Assembly: GCF_009914755.1 (NCBI RefSeq)
Contig: NC_060936.1
DNA length: 64,000 bases
Strand: one strand, 5' to 3'
DNA from: the human T2T-CHM13v2.0 reference genome, Homo sapiens
Positions 1 to 23,979 of the stretch are shown piece after piece. Numbering within the stretch: the stretch's first letter is position 1; each line of letters starts with the position of its first letter. A program made the position numbers and the translations under genes. The notes under the pieces were generated by a model. It was not told where the DNA came from, ran no database searches, and was given only the letters and a program-made list of their open reading frames with translations.

Positions 1-315
1 ATTTGCTGAGGAGCGTTTTATGTCTGTAGTTGATTTTACAAGTGATTTATTTTAGAGTATTTGCCATGTGGCAGTGAGAAGAATGTATATTCTGCTGTTT
101 TGGGGCAGAGAGTACTGTAGATATATATCAGGTCCATTTGATCCAGTGTTGAGTTCAGGTTCTGAATATCTTTGTTAATTTTTTGTCTTTATGATCTATC
201 TAATATTGTCAGTGGTATGTTAAAGTCTCCCACTCTTACCGCATGGGAGTCTAACTCTCTTTGAAAGTCTCTAAAAACTTGTTCTATGAATCTACATGCT
301 TCTGTGTTGAGAGCA
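1..315 (-). mobile_element. Old L1 ORF2 (endonuclease-region) fragment, antisense
   Basis: Reverse complement resembles the L1 ORF2 segment at 9170-9400 (gatctatctaatattgtcagtggtatgttaaagtctcccac), diverged. Confidence 0.7.
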
Positions 316-324
316 CCAGTATTA

Positions 325-603
325 ATCCTTCTGCCATTTGCTTTAGTTTCAGTGTTCATATCACAGAGAAGTTCATGTCATAAAAGAAGTCAAAAGAATT
401 CTTGAATAATCAGAACCTTTCTGCCAGATTGTCTAGTGTAAATTTGTTTTCTGGCACTGCTTCTTCTGTATCTTCTTCCTTATCATCTGGCTCTGGTTTG
501 GGAGCACTTATCTCCATTGAGTTATCTCCTGTTTTCTCTTTTAGTGGTGTCTATTAGCTCTTGAAGTTCTCCAAGATGCATATCTTGAAATCCTTCATCG
601 CCT

Positions 604-639
<36 letters not shown>

Positions 640-1782
640 CATATCCACAATCTCTTCCATGATTTTCTTGATTGTTTCTGTCTTAAATCCTGTGAAGTCA
701 TGCACAACATCTGGACACAGCTTTCTCCAGCACGAATTTATTGTTTTCGGCTTGATGGCTTTCACAGCTTTTTCTGTAACAATGATGGCATCTTAAGTGG
801 TGTGATCTTTTCAGACTTTAATGATGTTCTCTCAGAATTCTATAGTATTGACAATCCTTTCCATAGAGTACCATGAATAATGAGCCTTAAAGGTCCTTAT
901 GACCCCTAACCTAAAGGCTGAATTGGGGATTTGTGTTTGGGGGCAAGTAGATTACTTTGGTGCCTTCTGCATTGAACTCATGGGGCTTGGGGGGCCAAGG
1001 GTATTGTCCAATATCAAAAGAACTATAAAATGCAGTCTCTTACTGGCAAGGTACCTCCTGACTTCAGAGATGAAGCACTATGAAACCAATCTAGAAAAAG
1101 AGTTCTCGTTCACTCCTTCTGGTTGTACAACCAAAACTGGCAGGTGGTGTTTATTTTTTCTTTCAAGGATCAGGGATTGGAGGCTTTATAAACAAGAGCG
1201 GTTCTGATCATAAATCCAACTGGATTTGCACAAAAATTAGAGTTAGTCTTCCCTTCTTGCCTTAAATCCTGGTGCTCATTTCTCTTCCTAATAAGTGCCC
1301 TTTGTGAAAAATTTTTTCTGGAATAGTGCACTTTTGTCTGCATTAAAAAAACTGTAGGGGCAAATGTCCTTTCTCCTCAATGATTTCCTTAATAGTACTT
1401 GGGAATTTGTCTATGGCCTCCTGATCAGCAGAAACTGCTTATTCGGTTAATCTCCTTATTTCGTTTTTTACAATGGTCCTTACACTGGATTATTTATTTT
1501 GAAATAGTGGGCCACCACAGCTGCAGACTTCAATCTCTGGTACATATTAAGCAATTCAAGTTTTTCTTGCAATGTCATGATTTTTTTCTACCTTTTGGGG
1601 GCACTTCCACCGTCACTAGTGACACTTCACATGGGTGTCATATTTCTAGGCTACGTAGTTTATCTGCAAGTTTTTTTAAATTGTTGCAAATCTCCAAAAG
1701 TTTTCCCAATACAGTTATTGAAAAAAGTTCATATAGAAGGAGACCTGTGCAAGTAAAACACATGTTGTTCAAGGATCAACCA
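325..1782 (-). mobile_element. Tigger2-like pogo/Tc1-mariner DNA transposon relic with decayed transposase; contains a T32 run at 606-637
   Basis: Minus-strand remnants FNADKS, VLLILDN and GFQDMHLGELQELIDTT. The right end reads (RC) tggttgatccttgaacaacatgtg, resembling the Tigger2 TIR, and is followed by TA at 1783-1784. Confidence 0.75.
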
Positions 1783-2429
1783 TACTAGAAAATTATGTAT
1801 AATTTATTTTTACTTTATATTTAAAATTTTCCTCACAATAAGGGGCTCCATGAAATTTTATTTTCATTTAAAAAATAAAAAAACTAAAATTCAGAGATAT
1901 TAAATAATTTGTTCAAAGTCACAATATTGTATATAGCTAAATTACATTTCTAATCCAAAACCCATAGGTTGCTCCATTAGTCCCACAAGTTATAAATTAA
2001 TATTGTTATGGTTTTCATAAGAACATCTTAATGTCCTACTTTTCAGGAGAACTTTTGTTTTTTAAGTTAAAAATCATCTTCAACTATAGATAGCTAGTTA
2101 ACAAAATAGAGACACTTGGACTATAAATAGAACATATCTGAAAACCTACAGATTTTGAGAGTAATTTGGATGATTACTATTTTTACTTATTGTTCTCATT
2201 CATACTTGTCAGGACTTTGGTCCGACTTGGGATTCAAATTCACCGATTTCTGTTAGAAAAAAAATTAAAAGTCATTTTTCCCCCCTGAGGACTCCAAGGA
2301 AACAATTCTGTACTAATTATAGGAATGTCATAAGACATTTCCAAAGTAATAATCTCTAAGGTAAAATCTGAGAAAAGTTTAAACTGATTTTTATGAAGCC
2401 TTTTGTATTCAACCAGATTATATTATTGC

Positions 2430-2935
2430 ACTCTGTATGTTAGTGTGTACCCATTGTTTAACTTCCACTTATAAGTGAGAACATATGGCGTTTGACTTTC
2501 TACTTCTGAGTTATGTTACTTAGGATAATGGCCTCCAGTTCTATCCATGTTGCTGCAAAAGACATTATTTTATTCTTTCTATGGCTGAGTAGTATTCCAT
2601 GGTATATAATTTATACATATATATACCATATTTTCTTTATCAACCATCTGTTGATGGACACTTAGATTGATTCCATGACTCTGCTGTTGTAAATAGTGTT
2701 GTGATGAACAAATGAATGCAAATATCTTTTTTATTTAATGGTTTATTTTCCTTTGCGCACTCAGAAGTGGGATTGCTGGATGAAATGGTAGCTCTATTCT
2801 TAGTTCATTGATAAGTCTCCATATTGTTTTCCATAGGGGTTGCACTAATTTACATCCCCACCAACAGTTAAGAAGCATTCCGTTTTCTCCCTCTTCTTGC
2901 CAGTATCTGTTTTTTTTTTCTTTTTAGTAATAGTC
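2430..2935 (-). mobile_element. L1M/L1MA 3' end fragment, antisense
   Basis: ccacttataagtgagaacat...ggctgagtagtattccatgg...cccaccaacag, typical of the L1 3' region. Confidence 0.75.
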
Positions 2936-3016
2936 AAATAAATGCAACTTTTAGCAAATATTGCTCTGACATTGGTAGTGGGACTTGGGAAGGGTTTCCC
3001 TAAATTCAAAGGACCA

Positions 3017-3310
3017 GACAGGCACGGTGACTCATGCCTGTAATCCTGGCACTTCGGGAGGCTGAAGTGGGCGGATCACGAGGTGAGGAGATCCAGACCA
3101 TCCTGTCTATCACGGTGAAACCCCATCTCTACTAAAAATACAAAAAAATTAGCCGTGTGCGGTGGCGGGAACCTGTAGTCCCAGCTGCTCGGGAGGCTGA
3201 GGCAGGAGAATGGCGTGAACCCGGGAGGCAGAGCTTGCAGTGAGCTGAGATCGCGCCACTCTGCACTCCAGCCTGGGCAACGTATCGAGACTCCATCTAA
3301 AAAAAAAAAA
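3017..3310 (+). mobile_element. Alu (AluY-like), full length with TSD
   Basis: Dimeric Alu with gaatggcgtgaacccgggagg and a poly-A tail. TSD tcaaaggacca at 3006-3016 and 3315-3325. Confidence 0.92.
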
Positions 3311-5396
3311 AAACTCAAAGGACCAATACAGGGATAAAACTCCTCATAGGACCTTAATATTGTCCATTTCAGAAGACAATTAAGTCATACTGGAAATCCA
3401 AAGCCGTGTTTTCTACCATCTCATAGTGAAACAGAAAAGTCTCTTTTCCGGGTTGCCAAAATTCAAGAGATACGCTTATGTAAGTATGTTAATTCTCCTG
3501 AAGATAGGTCCAGATTTTCTGGAAGAAATGTATGGATTATTACAATTGCAGAAGAATCAAATTCTAAATCAAAGTTTCATACATTCATTGTCACATGTGG
3601 TTTATATATTTGCCTCATTTACATTAATAATTATGTTTTTATACTTTCTTATCAATATTTATAAAATGTCTAATACCAGTGATTCATCTGTATTTTTTAC
3701 TGATGCCTCACCTTGGCACACTTTGCTTACATAATGAATTCCCATGAGCCAACAAGAAAGACACATAAAATAAGTCTAACTCCATTTGTATAGCATACAT
3801 AGGGAGGGATATTCTTTATTTTCTATTGCTCAAATCAGAATTTTCAGGAAAATGTAACATTGTCTGAAGCCTAAGGGAAGTATGAATTAGATTTTATGAA
3901 TATATAATTATAAGGTTTTAAAATATTATTTAAAATGTTTTCATAAATTCAAAGAAGAATGTTTTAACAAGTGTTTGTGTATTACATGGAAAGGAGAAAA
4001 TGGAAGACTACTTTACTAATCAATCCAGGTATAACTGTGTTTATAAATGGATCTTGTGTGAGAGAGAGGAAAAGCAAGAATTCATTATAATATAATAAAA
4101 TGTTCCAACAATTTTACAATATCAGGAATTAAGGGTATTGTGGGTCAAATATTTCTAGTCTAGGGGAGAACTGTAATGTCTAAAAGCCATGAAAAATAAC
4201 CACATTTGTTTTATAAGTACAAAAGAAACCAAATAAATTGATAAATAAATTTTCCAGCTCTGAAATTATATGGTTATTTAAGAAAGCTAGATGGTGAAAT
4301 TTGAGATAAAATTATTGAGAAAAACCAAGGAGTAAGTAAGTTTGTTACTTTTAAATTTAATACATATTATTCCACTTACATGTTTTAAAAGATTATTTGC
4401 ATGTATGATTGTGGACTTATAGCCCTTACAATAATAAAAGTTGTATAGTTGTTTATTACTGAGACGACTATAAATGTAGTCCCAAAGCAGAAACAAAGCA
4501 GTAACTTTTGGTTTGTTCATTTTTCTAAATAAGTTTAGATGTTATGCTGTGATAGAAATAGGATTTTAAAAAGGCATTTACTATTTGAAATACCTATTTC
4601 CCATTAAGTGTTATTTTGACCATCCACTTGTTTTTTTGCTATAGCAATATTGTTTAAAAAAGAAAAAAAACTACAAAACAAAAAAAAACAAATTGTGTAT
4701 TATATTAATTAAAATGTTTTTAGGCAATTATTTGTTTTAGCAACAGAAGTTTTCCTTTATTGTTCTTCTCATCTTTTTGCTAAAAAAAGGAAAAAAAAGT
4801 GGATCAGGGAAGGTGATAGCATCAACCAATCCCATAAGTAATACCAGGAGACAATGCCAGCAAAACATTCCCATGAATAGACATGCATTATTTTTCTAAA
4901 GTGAGATGATTTTCTATGGTGACTAGTTGTTTAACCTCATGAAAGTTTCCTAACCTATGTGAGACTGAGTTTCTCAAAATATGACATTTCAAGATAGAAC
5001 TAAATAACATCTGTAAATTTTTAAACCCTATATTTAGATTGTGCTGCATTCCAGGTTGATTTAAGTAACTGGAAGATTAGTTTTGAAGAAATATTAGAAG
5101 AAGTGGCTTCTGTTTAAATGTTAGCATCATAATTTTTTATTTATGGCCTGTAATAATGTATTTTCAGTGAAGAAAGACTGATATTTAACTTCTAATAATA
5201 TTTGTTACTTGAATGAAAGGCAGATTGGAAACTACAGAGGGTTGCTAATGGGGAACTCTTAAAATTTTATAGATTATTCATTAATTATGTATATTTTAAA
5301 AATATTATGCCTATCTTCAACAGTTTTATTTTTTTTTTAACATTCTATAGGAGGAACATACATTTTCTCTTCTAAAGGGGAAAATAAAGATCAGCA

Positions 5397-6338
5397 ATGA
5401 AAAACTACACAGTACTCACAGAATTCATTCTTCTAGGGCTATCAGATGACCCAGAATTTCAGATTGTGATTTTTCTCTTTTTAATTATCATGTACATATT
5501 AAGTGTCACTGGAAATTTGACCATCATCACTCTCACCTTGGTGGACTCCCATCTGCAGACCCCCATGTACTTCTTCCTCAGGAACTTTTCTGTATTAGAA
5601 ATAACCTTTACAACTGTCTGTTTCCCTATATTTCTGGCCACCATTATCACCAGACACAAAACTATTTCATACAATAGTTGTACAGCTCAGTTGTTTTTCT
5701 TCATCTTTATGGGTATAACTGAATTTTACCTTCTAACAGCCAAGTCCTATGATCGTTATGTGGCCATCTGTAAACCCCTTCATTATATGACCATCATGAA
5801 CAAGAGAGTCTGCATATTGCTTGTCTTTTGTGCTTGGTTGGCAGGTTCTTAAATATCTTCCCCCCAGTTATTCTTTTTCTCCGGTTAGATTACTGTGGCT
5901 CCAATGTCATTGATCACTTTGCTTGTGACTATTTCTCCCTATTGCAATTATCCTGCATAGGGAGGCACATGGCTCCTAGAAGTGATTGGTTTTTACTCTG
6001 CAATAGTAATTCTGCTTTTCACTTTGGCATTAATCATTCTATCCTACATGTTTATCATTAGGACAATTTTGAAACTCCCCTCTGCTAGTCAGTGAAAAAA
6101 GGCATTTTCTACGTGTTCCTCTCACATGATTGTCATTTCCATTTCCTATGGAAGCTGCATATTCATGTACGCTAATCACTCTGCAAAAGAAAGAGCGTCG
6201 TTGACCAAAGGAGTAGCTATTCTCAATACCTCCGTTGCTCCTATGATGAATCCATTTATATACACCCTGAGGAACCAGCAAGTGAAGCAAGCCTTTAAGG
6301 ACACCATCCAAAAGGTTATGTTTTTCTCTGGTAAATGA
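5397..6338 (+). pseudogene. OR6C7P: Olfactory receptor 6C pseudogene (OR6C3-like)
   Basis: [34 protein letters not shown] and [12 protein letters not shown] motifs. Lesions: -1 frameshift at ~5845, +4 nt at 5957-5966, in-frame TGA at 6093-6095, M>K in AMSYDRY. Acceptor ttctatag ends at 5350. Symbol from recalled cluster order. Confidence 0.9.
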
Positions 6339-7714
6339 AAGTATTAATAAGGTTTAAAAAAAACCAAGTTACAGTAAATGCTTTCTATTACATATATCCT
6401 CTCAACACTCTCTTTCCTTCATTATAGTTAAACATGCATTTTTATTTCCATATTAAAATTTCCACCACATTGTATTCAATAAATTTGATAAAGCTGAATA
6501 TTGCTTCATAGTTTTCTGAAAATTAAAGTATTTTATTCATGTGTATTTGGATGAAGTAGAAAATCTGGGTGAATGATTGTGATTTTGAATAGGAGTGGTT
6601 AGCTTTGGAAGAGACTTAAGGCATTTAGTTTGATGATGTAAGTGTCACGATAGATGTGGACCTGGGAACTATTCATTCTTACCAGATACTATATATGAAT
6701 GTTCTTAGGAAATGTGATCCTACTTGGCATTTCTGTCAAATCAAATACAATCACCAAGAGTTTGAGAATAAAATATAAATATCCATGTAAATGTTTGAAA
6801 ACATTAGAGGGGGAGGAGCCAAGATGGCCGAATAGGAAGAGCTCCCGTCTGCAGCTCCCAGCGTGAGCGACGCAGAAGACGGGTGATTTCTGCATTTCCA
6901 TCTGAGGTACCAGGTTCATCTCACTAGGGAGTGCCAGACAGTGGGCGCAGGCCAGTGGGTGCGCGCACCGTGCGCGAGCCGAAGCAGGGCGAGGCATTGC
7001 CTCACCTGGGAAGCACAAGGGGTCAGGGAGTTCCCTTTCCTAGTCAAAGAAAGGGGTGACGGATGCACCTGGAAAATCCGGTCACTCCCACCCGAATATT
7101 GTGCTTTTCAGACCGGCTTAAAAAACGGCGCACCACGAGACTATATCCCACACCTGGCTTGGAGGGTCCTACGCCCACGGAGTCTCACTGATTGCTAGCA
7201 CAGCAGTCTGAGATCAAACTGCAAGGAGGCAGTGAGGCTGGGGGAGGGGCGCCCGCCATTGCCCAGGCTTGCTTAGGTAAACAAAGCAGCCTGGAAGCTC
7301 GAACTGGGTGGAGCCCACCACAGCTCAAGGAGGCCTGCCTACCTCTGTAGGCTCCACCTCTGGGGGCAGGGCACAGACAAACAAAAAGACAGCAGTAACC
7401 TCTGCAGACTTAAATGTCCCTGTCTGACAGCTTTGAAGAGAGCAGTGGTTCTCCCAGCATGCAGCTGGAGATCTGAGAACGGGCAGACTGCCTCCTCAAG
7501 TGGGTCCCTGACCCCTGACCCCCGAGCAGCCGAACTGGGAGGCACCCCCCAGCAGGAGCACACTGACACCTCACACGGCAGGGTATTCCAACAGACCTGC
7601 AGCTGAGGGTCCTGTCTGTTAGAAGGAAAACTAACAAACAGAAAGGACATCCACACCAAAAACCCATCTGTACATCACCATCATCAAAGACCAAAAGTAG
7701 ATAAAACCACAAAG

Positions 7715-8731
7715 ATGGGGAAAAAACAGAACAGAAAAACTGGAAACTCTAAAACGCAGAGCGCCTCTCCTCCTCCAAAGGAACGCAGTTCCTCACCAGC
7801 AACGGAACAAAGCTGGATGGAGAATGATTTTCACGAGCTGAGAGAAGAAGGCTTCAGACGATCAAATTACTCTGAGCTATGGGAGGACATTCAAACCAAA
7901 GGCAAAGAAGTTGAAAACTTTGAAAAAAATTTAGAAGAATGTATAACTAGAATAACCAATACAGAGAAGTGCTTAAAGGAGCTGATAGAGCTGAAAACCA
8001 AGGCTCGAGAACTACATGAAGAATGCAGAAGCCTCAGGAGCTGATGCGATCAACTGGAAGAAAGGGTATCAACAATGGAAGATGAAATAAATGAAATGAA
8101 GCAAGAAGGGAAGTTTAGAGAAAAAAGAATAAAAAGAAATGAGCAAAGCCTCCAAGAAATATGGGACTATGTGAAAAGACCAAATCTACGTCTGATTGGT
8201 GTACCTGAAAGTGATGCGGAGAATGGAACCAAGTTGGAAAACACTCTGCAGGATATTATCCAGGAGAACTTCCCCAATCTAGCAAGGCAGGCCAACATTC
8301 AGATTCAGGAAATACAGAGAACGCCACAAAGATACTCCTCGAGAAGAGCAACTCCAAGACACATAATTGTCAGATTCACCAAAGTTGAAATGAAGGAAAA
8401 AATGTTAAGGGCAGCCAGAGAGAAAGGTCGGGTTACCCTCAAAGGGAAGCCCATCAGACTAACAGCGGATCTCTCGGCAGAAACCCTACAAGCCAGAAGA
8501 GAGTGGGGGCCAATATTCAACATTCTTAAAGAAAAGAATTTTCAACCCAGAATTTCATATCCAGCCAAACTAAGCTTCATAAGTGAAGGAGAAATAAAAT
8601 ACTTTACAGACAAGCAAATGCTGAGAGATATTGTCACCACCAGGCCTGCCCTAAAAGAGCTCCTGAAGGAAGCGCTAAACATGGAAAGGAACAACTGGTA
8701 CCAGCCGCTGCAAAATCATGCCAAAATGTAA
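7715..8731 (+). pseudogene. L1 ORF1p, one internal nonsense codon (TGA 8042-8044)
   Basis: ORF-track pieces of 109 aa and 218 aa share one frame: MGKKQNRK...QNHAKM. Confidence 0.93.
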
Positions 8732-8770
8732 AGACCATCGAGACTAGGAAGAAACTGCATCAACTGATGA

Positions 8771-12616
<3,846 letters not shown>

Positions 12617-14107
12617 ACAATGAGATCACATGGACACAGGAAGGGGAATATCACACTCTGGGGACTGTGGTGGGGTGGGGGGAGGGGGGAGGGATAGCAT
12701 TGGGAGATATACCTAATGCTAGATGACGAGTTAGTGGGTGCAGCGCACCAGCATGGCACATGTATACATATGTAACTAACCTGCACAATGTGCACATGTA
12801 CCCTAAAACTTAAAGTATGATAAAAAACAAACAAACAAAATATTAAAATACAAAAAAAAGAAAACATTAGAAACTTATTTGTATACAGCATTTTTATGAT
12901 ATTAATGATAAGTATGATAATAATGAGGAAAGTAATAAGAGGAGGAGAGCAGAAGATGAAATAAAGTTTTTTTTAGCAATTATCATATTGCAGGCCTATT
13001 TTAATTGTTTTCTACGTATTGGCTCATTTAATCCTGCTAATGACTTTATGAGGTACCTACAATTATTATTATCTCTTGTTCAGAGGTATTTTTAGGTAGA
13101 TTAAATAACTCTAAAAATGAATAACAAAAACCAGAGAACAGAAAATATAAAATAATATCAGGAAAATGCATGGATTATGGTAAACTGGTGAGAGTTCAAC
13201 TTTCTGTAGAACTGAGTTTTGATCTGAGGATCCAGAAATAACTTTAGAGTTTCTGGAAGTAGAGAAGTGAAATGAAATCTGCTGTGATAGTGTTCTACAT
13301 CTCTACTTTGCACTACACAAGTCATAAACAATAGCATTTTACAAAACCCCATAGACAGTATTATACACTGACTTTCATTTGTAATAATTAATAGTTCATG
13401 TTAAATTGTTAAAGGACTTTCTAATGTACCATTAATTCATTCAGGTTATACTTATGTATCTTATGACACATACTGTGGATGTAGTTATGAAAAAAGATGA
13501 CTCTTACCCCAAGTTTCCTAAAATTCTAGTGAGAAAAAAAAACACACAATTAAATTTAATTCGACAAATGCAACAATTTGGATCTAAACTGCCTATAGGT
13601 CAAGTAATGTTACCATGATCAAAGACAGAATTTCAGTTTTCCTGACTTTTCTCTCAGCAGAATTATTTCCAATTTCACAATAATTACTAAATATGGGTTC
13701 AGCTGTCACCTTAGTGACATTATCTTTCTTCATTACTTTGTGTGCTATAACGAATGGCATTGTTTCCTGATTTTAAAAAGTTACTGGGAATAAGATGATG
13801 ATGGTCTCCAAGCAGTGACAAAACTCTCCATAGTAGCTCTCTGTGGCTCTGATCGGTATCATGAATCATGAATTGATCTTCCACTCAGTTTGACCTGTGT
13901 ACCCTGCCATATCTATTATGCTCCAAGTCTATTTGAGAGAAGTTATATGTATATAACCATGTCCTAGATTTCTAGAAGATGCCAAACTGTTTCAAGCACT
14001 TTTAGTTTGCATCCAGAAAACACTGAGTTTTATTTCTCATTTTAAATCCATGCACAAGCAAACAGAAAAACCATAACAATTAATAAATATTGAATATTCT
14101 AAGATAA

Positions 14108-14183
14108 CATCTGGTAAATAATTGGTTTGGTAAATAATTGATAAATAATTGATCTGTCAAATAATATCTGGTAAATAATTGAT
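14108..14183. repeat. Short degenerate tandem repeat (ggtaaataattg)n, ~5 copies
   Basis: Repeated taaataattg units seen directly. Confidence 0.7.
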
Positions 14184-16339
14184 GCTTAAAGTGATTATGT
14201 GTGCACTATTTTTTCTAACTCAATATCTGTATGTTTTCTATAAACAGAATAAGAATCTCCCAAATGTAAATTCTTCCCAATTCTTATATGATTATGAAAA
14301 TTCATTCATATATTATTCTAAAAATATTTTTTAAAGCAACTAGGTTGCAAGTATGTGCTAGCCATTTGGGTTAATAGAATAATACTATCTTCACCTGCTG
14401 GGATTTCAGATGACAGTTAAAAAGGTAGATATTTACATATAGAATAATTTTTTCATAAAAACGTATACCACATGCTGTATCAATGTAAAAGATAGGGTTG
14501 CTCACAACACCTGCATTATCCAAGAAATACTTCTGGTAAATACAAGAAATTCGATTATATGAATGTTCTGGGCAAAAAGAATCGTGATTGCAAATAACAT
14601 GGAGTTGTAAAAGTGAAGGAAGTAGTGTATGGTGAATTATGATGAAACAGAAAGCAACAAATAGCAATTGATTTCTTTTTATGCTTTTCATGAAAGAGCT
14701 AATTTTATTAGTTCAATTTATTATACAAAGCAACATAATGCTATGAAACAAATACTCATTTATGTCATGTGAATATTATGTTCTAAACTCTATTAAATTT
14801 TTTATCTATTCCTCTAAGATTTTAACAGCCAATTTGTTTTTCTCCTCCTTCTAAAGAATGAAGCATAAAGAGTCATGGGAAATAGGTAATCACATACAGC
14901 CAATACATATCAGAACTGATTCAAATCAGGGCTATGCCCCAACAAATAAGCCCTGTGCCAACTCCTGGGGGAGGGGAGAAACCTTGCAAAATAAAAGTAT
15001 CCAAGGGAATCTTACAATTTCAGAATAAGTACTATGATATCATTTATTCCTTCACAAAAGTATTAAGTGAGCACATCAAAAATGCCAAGCTTGGCTTATA
15101 GGGATTTCTTTCCAAATTATCATACTCTGAAAATTAAACATTCAGGAGACAATTACTTTTTTGGAATTAAACTTACATCTCTTAGACAACAAATAAAACA
15201 CTTTAGCTAAAGACACTCAGAGTCCTCCAACTCTTCTATTACAATTTCATATGTAATATTTACCTGCATGATAACTGTGGTGCGCTTTCTGTGTATCCTT
15301 TTTTCTTTAGGGTTTTATAGGCAAGACTCTGTTACTTTTTGATTGAATACCAAATTATCCACACCACCAACATCAACCATAGCTAGAGAATATGTGGTTG
15401 ATAATTTATTATCTCACTCGTAGATATTACTTAGTCATTCTCCATCCAACTGATTTAGGTCACAGTAAACCTTTGTATCCTCAAATAATTAAAGGGCGTT
15501 CATTATGTCCTACATCTCTTTCTGATGTTAGGTCTCTTGTGCTGAATTTCCCAAGCTCGAGTTGACTTTTTTTTGCCCCATTTATATAATTGGACTTTTA
15601 TTGCTGTATTTTATGGTCACATATGATCACATAAGCATCCTGAAATGCAGAAGTGTGCTTATCAATATGATAGCAATTTTTACAATATACTAAAACTTTA
15701 TTTTTCTTGGCTATCTTTACTAATAACCCATAAACATTTTTTAAGCAAAGGAAACATTTTCTTCATTATTGCCTACTAAAGGGTTTATTGTAGTGTAGCA
15801 ATTCAATAAAATATTTGTTAATCAACAAATGGATGGAAGTCTCAAAATGCCTACTATTTACATTATCATATATTTTGCCTTTAAATTATCATTGCTCTGC
15901 TCTGACACCTTTTTTGAAGAAGTTTTTATATCGGGGCTTTCTAGGACTCCTTGCTTTTCATAACTATGGATACAAATCTCTATATCCCATCAACAATGTT
16001 GGCTACCTCTTAAACTCCTTATTCACCCAACTGAACCTCTCTCTGATTTTAGGTCTACTTCCCAGGATCTCCACTGTGGACATATATGGGGCAAAATGCT
16101 GTCTGTTACTCATTAAGCTACTAAATAGACTTCTGTGATCAGATTTCCATGGCTATCACATTTTTGAAGTTTTATTGACTTCAAATGTTTTCATATACAC
16201 GACAGTGAAACAGCACAGTAACACTCAACAATATTATTAACTTAGGGAAGTTCTGTATCACTCCTTGATAACAGTGGCTTCCATAAGGTGGAGTTATTCA
16301 AGTATGAGTAGCAGCTTATATACTCCCTCATTCACTGTA

Positions 16340-16555
16340 TTAAAATCTCAGAAATCACAGTCCATTTGTATGACCTCAGGCAAATTAGGAAAACTCTGAA
16401 TGACTCAGTTTCCTTATATGAAAATTAGGAGAAATAATACTAATTTTCTCAGAGTAGTCGTGAATATTTATTAAAACAACACTTTAAAAAGTGCTTACAA
16501 ACACGTCTGATACCTTCCGAGCACTTAACAAAGTGTGACTGTTACTATTATTATA
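16340..16555 (+). mobile_element. MIR SINE relic
   Basis: tgtatgacctcaggcaaatta...actcagtttccttatatgaaaa...aaagtgctta, the MIR core pattern. Confidence 0.6.
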
Positions 16556-17111
16556 ATGCCAATTTTAATTTAATAACATACAACCATCCACATACAATTT
16601 ATTCAAAAATATTTCAGCTTTATGCAGCCCAAGAATGTCAATAGAACAACTGCCTTGTATTAATATATTATGTGGAGCTCCCTTAATCACAACTAAAGCA
16701 TCCCAGTTTTCTCATCTGTAAATTGAGGATTACAGTAAATTTTAGTTAATTTATTGTTATAAATTATTTAAATTTCTCTTCTGGGTATTACTACTCTAAA
16801 AATGTTATGTATTTGCTCATTTTGCATCTTTCGAATACCTTCAAATAAGCCTATCTATGTGCAGACACTGTAAGCACCACATTTTCCATTGCAATGTGAT
16901 TTGGTTCTGCTAATCAGATACATTCATAAAAGAACTTTTAACTCAGTTAGTCATCTATATTGCTGATGCAGATCATAGCAAGTGCAGGTGACCCTGAAGC
17001 TTGCGGCAATAGTGCTGAATTCCTGAGGAGCCATTCTCATGCAGACTGATGGCTTATGCATTAGGCTGTGCTTCTAAGTGCATTGAAGAGCTTAAAGAGA
17101 GAAAATGTAAC

Positions 17112-17183
17112 TTTAATGTTTCAATTATCTCATATTTTAATGTTTTAATTATCTCATTATTTTAATATTTCAATTATCTCATA
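17112..17183. repeat. Three copies of a ~24-bp unit ttttaatgtttcaattatctcata
   Basis: Seen directly. Confidence 0.8.
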
Positions 17184-17502
17184 ACTGCAGAGATGACATA
17201 GCCAATAATAAATCCTAAGTTTCCTCAATTATAAAGTTGATTTAATTTACAACGTCTATACCTATGTAAATGTTAGTGTGTTGGCTGTGAAAGAGTTGGG
17301 ATTGAGCACTGGAATGAGACTAGTTTCAGAAGATTTTGAGTACCTGAATTTGAAAGCACCACCAGCCTCCCTTACCAACACAAGAATCCATATTTCTCTG
17401 CCTCATGAAGGTGGCCATACATTGTTTAGAAACACTGTTATTTGGCCATCTTGCCAGCAATTCATCTGCTTGCAAGTTAGCCAAATTACAGGGTTTCTAA
17501 AC

Positions 17503-23946
<6,444 letters not shown>

Positions 23947-23979
23947 GACAGAAAAAAAGTGGGCAAAAGACAAAACATT

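Noticed and set aside
522-1788. ORFs over the Tigger element as a possible domesticated transposase
   Set aside because: The transposase frame is fragmented by stops, deletions and a T32 run
6689-7712. Several 85-109 aa ORFs over the L1 5'UTR, including a possible ORF0
   Set aside because: These are generic L1 5'UTR frames. True ORF0 (ATG at 7259) is stopped after 24 codons
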